From: Cellvibrionaceae bacterium | GTDB lineage: Bacteria > Pseudomonadota > Gammaproteobacteria > Pseudomonadales > Cellvibrionaceae | Length of the DNA: 64,000 nucleotides | Direction of reading: 5' to 3' | Assembly: GCA_034112445.1 (NCBI GenBank) | Contig: JAWUVI010000021.1 | Span: 12,815 to 76,814, forward strand | Translations under genes and position numbers: made by a program | Part shown: piece after piece, positions 41,201-53,200 of the stretch | How the letters are laid out: every line of letters starts with the position of its first letter | Numbering within the stretch: the stretch's first letter is position 1 | Notes under the pieces: model-generated | What the model was told of the DNA's origin: nothing | What the model saw: the letters and a program-made list of their open reading frames with translations, nothing else | The model's database searches: none

Positions 41201-44200
41201 CCATGAGTTAACACCGCCGCTGATGAAGCCGCATTTAACTGCAGATATTCACCATTAACATTATCAGCCGAGACCAACGTAACTAACCAGTTACCGGCAA
41301 CTCCGGTAACTTTAACCTGATCAATACCGGTTAAGGATTCCAATGCTTCGGTAATAGAAATCGAGGAACCACTAAAGTTGATATCGACACCTTGGCCGCC
41401 ATACCAAACGGTTTGCGTATCACTGATACTTAATGTTTGAAGGCTATTGTCAATAACATTTCTATTGACAGATACAGTGCGATCGACTGCCTCTAACTCA
41501 GCAAAGAAAAACTTACTAAAGGTATCTTCGGGGTTAGCAATTGGAGTTAACGTAATTGCCCAGTCTGTTTTAAGCGGGTTATCGCCGTTTTCTGATTTCA
41601 CCACCGCAACGTTAGCGTTACTTAACGATTCAAATGCTTCTAGAGCCGCGACTAGTTCAGCGGCTGTCATAGAATCCGTTAGGGTGAGCGAATCATCGCC
41701 ATACCAAAGTTGAGTTTCGTCTGCGGTTAATACGGTAATGGTTTGCGCTGGATCACCATCAACTGGATCACCATCAACTACATCAGCCTGCAACCTAGAT
41801 TTCTGAGCCTTAAGGACAGAGACAGACAATGTAGAAGGCGTGGCTTCATGGAAGGTTATTTCCCAAGGATCAGCCGCTAAGGTAGGTATAACAACACTGA
41901 CATTGCCTAACAAGCTTGCAATGGCACTGGCACGTTGCTCCTTAGACAAACCGACAGCATTAACTGAACCAACGGCAACTCCACCATAACTAAACGCTAA
42001 TTCAGCCGCATCAGCAGGCCAAACGAAGCCTTGTCTCATTAAATTACTTTGGCTTTCAATACTGGCTAGAGTGTCAGTAAGGGTATAGATGACAGTCGTA
42101 TCTACAGATGTTCCACCGTTAACAAATTCAATCACCTCGGCCGCATTCGTAAACACAAATTCCCAAGGTGACTCTTCCGTACCATCACCCGTTACGGTAA
42201 CTGAATTGCCTGAAGCGGCGAGGATAATATTGAGTTGTGCTTGGATATTGATTGGGGATTTTGAACCGCCCAATTCATCGATCGCAAAGCCCTGATCGCC
42301 ATACCAAATAATGCCATTGGTTTCAAAACTCGCTAACGCCAGCAGTTGAATTTTGTTATCAACGAATTCATCCGCATTGACTGTATTTTCAACCAATAAA
42401 GGCTCACCAGAAGCGTCATACAAATACTCAGCGGTCTGGCTGTCTAATCGATAAAACACGTTATTTGAGCGAGTGTCATTATTTTGCAACAAGCTACCCG
42501 TATGGGCTTGCACACTGTATTCATAACCCAATAACTTAGTGACGGCTGATGTGAAAGTAATTACCCAAGGATTGGTTTCTGAGCCTGTGGTACCGGCTGC
42601 AACAGAGACTTGGCTCGCATCAATACTGGCCATAGTTGCCAGTGCAACTTCAATTTCAGTTGCCGACATGCCTTTACTGATTGTTACGCTGTCAGCCGTT
42701 GAATTAGAACCCAAATATAAAGTGACTTGATCTAAGCCATCATCAATCCACAGTGTTTGCTCTGTTTTATCATTAGCAAGACTGGTGTCTTCGGCTGTTT
42801 TAGCTTTGGTAATTAATTCAGGTGAACCATCATCATTAAACTTATAGGTGCCGCCTTCTTCTAGATCGTAACGGTAGAAATAACTACTGCGTTGATAACC
42901 ATCTATTAAGGTTTCTGGCTCAGTTGGAACCAAGATGGGGAAGCCGTTGGAGTCAGTGACAACAATGGTTTCACCATTGACGTCTAACACTAAAGTTCCC
43001 GCGTCATCGCGCAACAGTTTTGGTTCTTTTTGTAATAGTGAAGCGTAATTCGCAGGGTACACTTGGTGGTTACCCTCAGAGTCACGCTCTATTTGATACA
43101 TGGTAGCCTGCTCGTTACCAAGCTGAACATCCACTGACAGTAAGCTGGTATCAAGCAGATCATCAACGGTGATTGTGTCTTCACCGCCTTTCGCGTCGAG
43201 CATAATGTTTTCAACATTAAGGTCTAAGCTGTCGCCATTAATTGTTAGTGTCGCGAAGTTTGGCAAACCAGAACCGATGGCCCTGCCGCTGTCGGTTATA
43301 TTAATCGTACTGTCAGAATCATCGGTGGTGGCTTTTAAGGTGTCTACACCTGCCCCGCCATCAACTTCTAGTAACGCGTTAGGATCAGTTATATCCGCGT
43401 ATTCCCAAACGATAAGATCATCACCCGCATCACCATAGGCACGAACAGCCCCAGTACCAGCGTAAATTGAGTCATTACCTGTACCGCCGTAAATTACATT
43501 ACCACCATCAGAGGTTATAGAGCTGTCACGTGGATCACCGCCATACAGTTGATCCCAACCACCATCGCCATAAATAACGTCACTGCCAGCACCGCCATAA
43601 ATAACGTCGCCATGGAAAGATCGAATAATGACGGCCACGCCACCAATATCATACGGTGTCGCTGAGTAATCACCCGATTCGTTAACGATGAATGAGGAAC
43701 TGGCCACATCGTAATAATGAGTACCGTTACCTTCGTCGGTTATGTATTCACCGGTATCCGTATCAAGTTTAAAATCGCCTACTTTGGCAATGCGGAAAAT
43801 ACCTAAGTCATTATCAAACAAGAAAGGTCCATTCGCTTGATTTGCAAAGACAGAAGGAAAACCAAACTCGTTATAGCCCAGTAAACTGTTGGCTGTACCG
43901 TCACCAAAGCGCTCACCATCTGGCTGGTATATTTCTGCATTGCGCAACACACCATTCACATCAACGTAAACGGCTGCCACTTCGTCTCCACCGCGAATGA
44001 CATCATCGCCTGCGTAGGTTGCTATAACATCAAAACCTGTGCCGCCCTGAACAATGTCATCGCCAAAACCACCAAAGATAGTATCGTCGCCTGAACCACC
44101 GTCAAGAGTCATGGAGCCTGGGCTTGGAACAGAGGAGTTACCGCCATAAGCTGCATTCTGGCCGGTTACTTTCAAGGTGTCCTTACCGGCATCACCAGTC

Positions 44201-47200
44201 AGTAAATAAACGCCTGATTGAGACAACAACATGCTATCTACGTTGATTCGATCGTCTCCAGCGCCACCGATAATGGTGATTTTATCTAACGTGCCATCAT
44301 TTTCAGTATCGGCAAATATATCGACAATATCGGAACCAGCACCGGCATTAATCGTAATGGTATCGACTCGTCCATTGAGTTTACTTAACTTGTAGCGATC
44401 AAAAGCTGCTGCATCAGGATCGCTACCATCATGGTCTGTGCCGTTTATAACAACATGGTTAATTTGTGAGGCCAAGAAGAATTCTGCACGTAGGCCGGTA
44501 CTGACAACAATCACCTCATCATCAAGACTGCGCCAATTAGCCAGCATGTCACGTAGGGCTACTTCTTCATCTCGGGTATAAAATTCAGTATTGATATAAC
44601 CGTTTTCTGACATTTTCTGCAGGGTTAAATCACCATCGATAGGCAAGACTTCTACTGTATAGTTTTGTGCGCCATCGGAATCATCTCCGTAATAATCAAG
44701 TACTAGAGTGTCACCATTGGTGTGCTGTCTTTTACCGTCGGTTATAACAGGGGCAACTGGGTTACCACTAGAGTCTAGGCTTGTGACGTAGGCAATATCT
44801 CGCGCCGCATCGTGAATACACTCCCATGAGAACTCAGCAATAATTTCTTCAACAAAACGGTCTTTGGCTTCAAACAAGGTAATGGTGCTGAAGCCCATGT
44901 CGATTCCGATCCATAAGAAGGCTTCTACAAAAACGGCTAACTGACCTTCCACATCAAACAAACACTGTGGTCCGTGAGTGATGCGCTCTACCAACTCAGA
45001 TCCGTAGAGCTTGCCATCACCAATAGGCAAGTCATTTTGGAAAGCGGTTTCCATATCGTTCAAATCAAAACCGATAACCGCTTCAATACCACCTTTAACA
45101 CCGGCTTCAACAATACCGCCTATACCTAATGAAGCTTTGGCGTAAATTTCTGCTTTAATGGTGGCTTCAAAGGCATCGACATCGGTATTTTCTATACCGT
45201 GATCATCCAAATAGAAACCATTAAATACGCGCCAGCTTTCGGCCATATCAAAACCGGTATCCATCCATTCGCTGATACCACGAGTATCAAAGCCGAAATC
45301 GAAGTTGGTGTAAGCACCAATGGCTCCACCTAAACCAAGGTTTAAACCTGGGTAGACCATAAAGGTTTTTTCATAACCAAACTCTAATTCTAGGTCTGGC
45401 AAGTCGTACCAGAACAGATCCACTTCGCCTTTACCCAAGACGAAATTGAGTACGCTCATTGGGTCTTCAAGTACCGGAATACGGAACTTTTTGGGCCCAG
45501 CCGTAGCGTTTAATCCACCGCCAGCAATGGCATCTGAAGTGCTTGAATCTGCTGAAGATTGAGGATTACTGGTTGCCGTCTCTTGCGCACTGCTTTCATC
45601 CACTTGTTGGTTTGATCCACTTAACGCACCGCCAGTTAAGTTAAAGCTACCAAAGTTGATGCCGCCACTCATGTCTTCGACACTGTCTAAAAAGTCGATG
45701 GTATCGGCTATGGCATTCAATACCTTTTTGGCTGTATCAACGACTGAGGCTGGCAATTTCAAATAAGCAATGTCGATAAATTGCAGCTTGGTGATGCCTA
45801 GATCAATTTCCATGGTTAAAAGATCAACCAGTGGTTTCAATGGCGTTACAATATCGGAGATAACACCGAAGGTGTCTCCAAGGAAGCTGTCAAAAACAGA
45901 ACCAATATCAAGAGTTAAGTCATGCAGGATTACTTCAGGGCTGCCAAGCTCAAAGCTGGCGCCTTCGCCAAGTACAAAACTCGCGGTAAGTTCTTGTGAA
46001 TATTCAAGAATGGTGTGTATTGAAGGCAATATATCACCAACCGAAGTGGCAACTTGTGCGTATAAGTTAGCTTTAGCTTCAGCATTGGCATTTAAAGAAA
46101 CACCAATATCAGAAAGAATATCCCCTGCAGCTAAACGCCCGCCATCACCACCGGTTATGTCTACGCCAAGATGACCCCAAAGACCGGTTTCACCGTCATT
46201 GGTAATATTGGTTGCTTCGCCATTCAACATTTCACCGTTGGTTATATCCATGGCTAAGAAGCCAAGAGTACCGGTAGCTTTGCTGTTCTGTGCCAACTCA
46301 GCTTTAACATCGAGAGCAATCTCTTCACCGGCGGTATTAATACCACTGGTGTCTAAGAAAACACCCATTTCGATGCCATTGTCACTGACGTTACCAATGC
46401 CTAAGCCAAAGCCCATTAGGTAGTCCATCAGCACTTCAATTTCAGAGTCAACTTCTAAGTTGATGCCCGGAATACCAACACTGAAATCAATGGGTATACC
46501 AACTTCTTCTATTATTGTGTCACGGCTGTAGTAGGTTTCATTCACATCATGGGTATAGCTGATGGCATAAGCGCCTTCCGGTGAAAGGGTGTAATAGGTC
46601 TGCCCCCTCTCTTCAAGACTTACTGCAACATCATTTATTTCGGTATAGGTATAATCACCAACCAATAAGCCACCGAATTTCAAGTTAAACGTTATTAAAC
46701 CGGTATCGCTGAAGATCAGTTCAATATCATCGGGACTGGTGGGTACACGGGTAATTAATTTACCAAATTCGTCAAATTGTTCCGCGCCATATTCATCATA
46801 AATAGGCACAACAAACGAGAAGAGCTTGCTGTTAATACCATTTAAGCCTTCAAATAAAGCTTCGCGAATTTCGTCTAGAATCCCTTCAATAACACCTTCG
46901 TTAGCGGCATCTTGGGCTTGTAACCAACCGCCAAGGCTATCGGTAACATAATCACCCGAAGCATCAAGTTCGCCTAACACACCGGCTTTTATGCTTCTTA
47001 ATGTATCGGCTAAATCATCAAACGCATCGCCGCCAATTAATGGCAGCTCTATTTCACCGATACCATCAGCAACGTAATCAATACCACTGAAGAAACCCTC
47101 GATTCCACCCAGTAATAATGCAGGATCATCAAGAAATCCGATTAAAGCAGCCAAAACCGTGGCGTTATCAAAGGCAAACTCTGGGATAGAGTAATCGTAA

Positions 47201-50200
47201 CCAGCCGTAAACTCGCCCGTTAAAGGATTAACGGTAAAACCGGCGCTGGCTCCTAACACATTATCGGCATAGCCATTGCCATCAAGGTCTTCAATTGAAC
47301 CACCGAGAGGCATAGATTCGATGGGGAAATACAATGGTAATTCTAATTCTGCCGTACCGTAGGCTTCTGCTTCAAAGCTATCCACGATTTCATGCAGTTC
47401 TAAATAGCCAACGTGACCATCTGCGTCAGGGGCTGATGCATCAAAGGCACCGAATCCAGCACTAAAGCCTAACTCAAGACCGGCATGGCCGTCCTTACCA
47501 ATCATCCCTAGAACCAAATCTAAGGAATCCGGAATCCCAACGATTCCCAAAGCACCGGCTGTGCCACCAAGATCAATGCCAACCGTTAAATCAATATCTT
47601 CGGCCGTGGCACTTAATAACACCTCAAAACCGGAATTTTCATCGATGTAAAAAATCGGGTCTAATACATTACTGAGATCAAAACCAAAACCTAAGTTCAA
47701 GCCCATTTCGGCCAGAAGATCTATGGTCGCGTCAGAAGTAATTGACAGGACTTCAGTTAAATCATCAATAGGTAGATCCCACTGATCGAGACCTAAGTCG
47801 TCGATACTGAAATCCAGGTCAAAGCTGTGTTCATAGATGGTGTTGATATTAAAATCGACATCAAGAACCGAATTAGCGTACTCGGCTGTGATTAACTCAA
47901 TATCACTGGCCAGGTCAAATAAGGTACGTAACTCTTCATTTAAAAAGTCGACCATTTCATAGAGGTTGTCGGAAGCTCCACGAGCCGCATCCAAAATAGT
48001 CTGGATACCTTCGCCAACACCTGTGGCACCTTCACCAAGCAAGTCTTCAACACTTTTACCTACAAGCGGAATGTCTTGATAAAGAAGTCCAGTTTGTACG
48101 TACCATTCACCGGTAACCGCTTGATAAGCACCTTCTAGTTCTGATGCTGACAAGGCGATAAGTTCAGACTCGAAAATTTCTAAGCTTAAATCGATGCCTC
48201 CATCTGGACGAGAAGCTTTAAGCTCTTGCGCCCAATACTCAGTGCCGTCAAGCATTGTCCATAACTTGAGAGTAATACTTCCTTCTGCTGTACGTACAGA
48301 TTTAACAACCTGCTTACCAAGAGCGTCAATTGTTGGGGTATAATTCGCAGGGGTTATTACAACACCTTCAGAGTCAAGAACTTCGGCTACGAAATCAATG
48401 GCGGGAATCGCGCTTACGGACCAAATCTCTTTTTGGAGGTTGGCTAGCTCAGTGCCTATAGCAAGGTACTCTTCGCCCATAACTTCATTAAGAAGGTTAT
48501 CGAGCATATCGAGAATATTGTCGAGAGACAGTAATCCCATGTTTTTAAGATCGAAAATATCTTGCGGGAAAATGATGTCATAATCGGTTTCAAAGGTACC
48601 CGACTCATAGGCAAAACCAGCACCTAGGTGCATTAGATTATCAGCGTAACCATCCGCATTTAAGTCTTCAGAAGAACCACCCGCTGGGTTAGTTTCAGTT
48701 GGGAAGAACAAGGGCATATCAAAACTGGCGTCGCCAGCCAGAGTTATATCTAAGGCATCGGTCCCTAATTCGCTCAGTTCTACAAGAGAATAACGACCAG
48801 CATCGGTATCAACCAAGTTAGCGCCGGCTTGAAGACCAATAGAGCCTTCACCGTCAACGCCCCACAAGCCAATTTCTTGACCGAATATGCCTATAGTCGC
48901 TTGTGCACCAAGATCTACACCGGCGGCTGTAGCGGTAAAATCAATACCTGAATCATCACCCAAATAGGCGTAGTTTAATGGGTTAACCGGACCTCGGGCT
49001 GCGAATCCAGCTTGGCCAAACTCTTTAACATCGAAATCAAGATTGAAATTAAAATCCAGTGCGGCATCTAACAATAGAGTACCGGAGGTACCGAACACCA
49101 CATCGATCATATCGAGAGGTAATCCTAGTAATTCCCCTATTTCCACTTCGGTTAGAGCAACATCGAAATCTAACTCGTAGAGAAAATCCCAATCGAAATC
49201 CCAGTCAAACCCAAGATTCCAACCGTCAAAGACTAAATCAATATCAATCACAGGCGGAGTGATGCCGAGACTGCCGAACAACGTATTCAACTCTAGCTCT
49301 AGCCAGTCAGCCAATTCAGGCAAAGAGGAGAAACTGGTACGAATGTCGCCAATGAGGCTAGAGAAAAAGTCACTGATGCCATCAAATTCAGGCACCATTA
49401 ATCCACCCACCTCTATTTTGGGCATTAAAGAACTAAAGATTCCGTCTAAGCTGACATTGAAGCCTGGTATCTCAAACCCTAAAACATCGATATCACCTAA
49501 AACATCAAACGCGCCTTGCAACATGGCCAATAAATCATCGAGTGATAGATTAGACAGATCAAACAGCTTCGAGAGATCCGGCATATCAAATTGCAGATCG
49601 CTAAAGAAATCGCCTATATCACCAACAGAAACACTCGGGAAACTAGGTGTACCAAAACTAGGGACATCTGGGAAACCAGGTGCACTAAGACTCGGGAGAC
49701 CAGGAAAATTAGGGGTGCTGATGGATATAGTTGGCAATGGCGGCAAGCCGCCTAAATCTGGAATACCGCCCAAATCTTCAACGGTTGGCAATGAAAGATC
49801 CATACCGCCAACTTGAATGGCTAGCGGCAAGTCAGCTTTAAAACCACTGCCTTTGCTCATGGATATAGCTAATTGATTATCCAGCAGTGCTGTACCTGCG
49901 GCCTCATCATAATCGGCGTGAACCGAATCGAAGGCATTTACAACACCATCAAGATCAGAAAGAGTCAGATCACCACTATTGCCAAGACGCAGCTGCGCCA
50001 ACATTTCTAACGAACCATCAACCACTTCGCCTTTAATAAGGCCGAAGTCTACGGTTACATCAATATCATCTTCACTGATTCGAGATTCGAAATTAATGCC
50101 TGCATCGCGAACGTAAAACTCACCCGCTTCATCGTTAGGACCAACGCCAAAGGCAAAATCAAAGCTGAGGTTATTTGTCAGCCTAGGCTGAAAATCAACA

Positions 50201-53200
50201 CTGACACCGGGAATATTACTGAGAGCACTACCCAGATCAAGACCAACAGCGTCTAGTTCTTCAAACAAATTGACGTTAACGCCAAATTCTAACAAGCGGT
50301 TATTAAGGGTGATATTTAAGATATTACGGTCGGTAACGCTGGCAGTTTCATTTAGAACTAAGTTGCCATCAGCGTCGGCCACAATAGTGTTTCCGTTCAC
50401 CAAAAAGTCGCCAGTGCTCTCATCCTTAGAGATATTAATAATTACTGTTTCAAGTCCGCTTTGTGTTCCCGATAAATAAGCAGCGACATAACGGAAAGAA
50501 ACTTCTTGGCTTTCACCGTTCGCTAAATCTGGAAAATCAGTCGCTGGGTCAATTGAATAGCTGTATGTGCCATCGTCATTGAATACCAATGTGCCCGTAT
50601 TCGGCCCTTCTAGACCATCAAATAAGCTGTAAGAGTTGGGAGCTATCGTATCTAAGAGAGCGAATAATTCATCACTGGTAACTACTTGATCAGCTGGAAG
50701 CACTTCTAAAGCTTTTGCGTCAAAGAACGCCTGTAGCGGGGTGATAATTTGATCTTGAATGGCCGCGCTAATAATACTGGAAAAATCAACCGTACCGCTT
50801 TGCTCGATTGCATCACCATTGGCATCAAAACCAGTGGTTATTTTTTCGTAAAGTTCGCCGAAAGTGGCGTCCATGATTGGCACAGGCGTATCTAATAGTT
50901 CGTCCCAATCGGTGTAATTATCGGCAATTAAATCCACCCATTCTTTGAGTTTTTCAAGGCCGTCAATTAATGAGGTTTGAGCCACTGTATCAATAGTGAT
51001 ATTGGCTTGCTCTTGGGTATTTGCAGATTGGCCTTCAACGAATTTTTCTACATTGAAATCAGTGGTGACCGTATTAGCGCCACTAGTAACCGTTATATCA
51101 CGGGTTATCGCTGTCGCTAGATCTATTGCTGTGCCATCGCCACGGCCCATGTTGTAGGCTAAATCTGTGGTTACTTGTGAAAAGTCTAGGGTGTCAGTAT
51201 CCGCATCACCGGCGGTAATTGTGTCACCACCCCAGTCGTCAGCAAAAATAAAGGTATCATCACCTGCACCACCCGATAATGTGTCGTCACCGGCACCGCC
51301 TGCGATGATATTTGCCGCGCTATCGCCCGTTAATGTGTCATTTCCAGCACTGCCTATCAGGTTTTCAATGCCGGTTAATGTAGCAATACCATTAGCGGGA
51401 ACATCGTTATCAACTGCTGTACCAGTACCAACAGCACCTTGTGACAAGTCAGCATTGACATTAACATTTTCGATGTTGGCAAAGCTGACTGTATCAATAC
51501 CATCACCACCAACGATTACATCGCGCAAATCAGCGCCCGCAGTCCAGGAACCTAGTTTAAATAGGTTGTCTTCATCGCTTCCTGTAATAGTATCTACAGC
51601 TGAAGTAGAGACTGAACCAAAGACATTTTGAATATGGGCAACACTGGTGAAGCCAGTGGCGGTTTGAGTTTCTTTATTACTTAAATCGACGGTTATATTC
51701 GAGGTATAACCTGCAGAGAAATAATCCAGGGTATTGGTGCCCTCACCTGCATCAGCCGTTCCACTAAAGTCTCCACCATCTTCAACAGTAAAAGTATCGT
51801 CACCTGAACCACTGGTTAAAACCCAAGTACCCGAATTGGTACCAGACACAGTTATTGTGTTGTTCACAGACGCTGGTGCCGTTGAAGCTAAGGCGCTCGG
51901 GGTAACATCCGCATTAACAGTTAAACTGTTAGAGGAAAAAGTAAACGACAAATCAGAGCTTGCCGCTGACAAATCAAGCGTGTTTGTACCAGCCGTATCG
52001 GTGATAGTGTCAGCTTGTCCTGTTGGAGAAGCTGCCAACTCAATAGGAGACAAACGATCTGACCAAGTGTCGTCGACTATATAAGTATCGTTATCTCCTT
52101 CTCCTTTGAGCGTGTCATTACCTTTACCACCATCAAGAATATCGTTACCTGCACCACCGCTAATCGTATCGTTGCCTTCACCACCCAGCAGTTTATCAAT
52201 GCCAGCACCGCCTACTATGGTGTCATTAGCACCGCTGCCATCTATAACGTTCGCATTATCATCACCCGTTAAGGTATCTTCGAACTGCGTACCGATCAGA
52301 TTATCAACATTAGTTACTGTTCCTGTAACACTGGTAGTTGTTCCAACAACAAGACTGGATAAATCGACGATTACACCAGAGTCGTCACCTTTATCGTACT
52401 GACTGTAATCCAGTGTGGCTGAACCCGTCCCGCCATCAATATCACCAGCAAACTCAACATCACCAACAAAAACAAATTGATTTTCGCCGCTGCCGCCGAT
52501 TAGTTTTTCTACATTGGTCGCAATAACCGACTGTGTGACTATTTCAGTAAGCGTAAGTGTTTCGGTTCTGTAGACAGGCGTTGTTGTATCGTCTTCCGGT
52601 ATATAAAATTCCGCACCAATTGTGCCGTTGGTCAAGCCAATGCGGACCAATTCTGTAATCGTAACTTCTTGCGTGGTGGAAACGGTAACCTGAATATTGT
52701 TAGTTGGGTCGCCATTCTCGTCCAACTCTTTTTCAATGCTAAACACCAAATCAGATGTGACAGCGCTAAAGTCTAAAGTACCTTTTTTACCGGTAGCCGT
52801 AGCAGAATCATCAAGCAGAAGTTCTGTCTCAGAATCCCCCCCCCACTGGTTTTTAAAGACGTAACTATTGTTACCTTCACCGCCTTTAATCAATTCAATA
52901 TTTTCTAATGAACCGGAACCGACATAAACGCTGCTAGCCGAATCGGCAGCAACCAAAGAGCCTGAGTCGAAAGTCATGGTTAAATCGGTGGTTACCGCAT
53001 CAACCTGTGCAATGCCTAGGGTTCCATCAGAAGCCGTAACGGCCTCTATACCCGCAAAACTGATGGTATCTTCACCACCTTCAATACCTTCAATAACCCC
53101 ACGCACAGTCAAATGAGCGCCATTGGTTAAACCTTTGGCCGCTGTTACGATGAGATCCGCACCACCACTGACGGTGTTTTCTCCTTCTGTAACAACCAAA

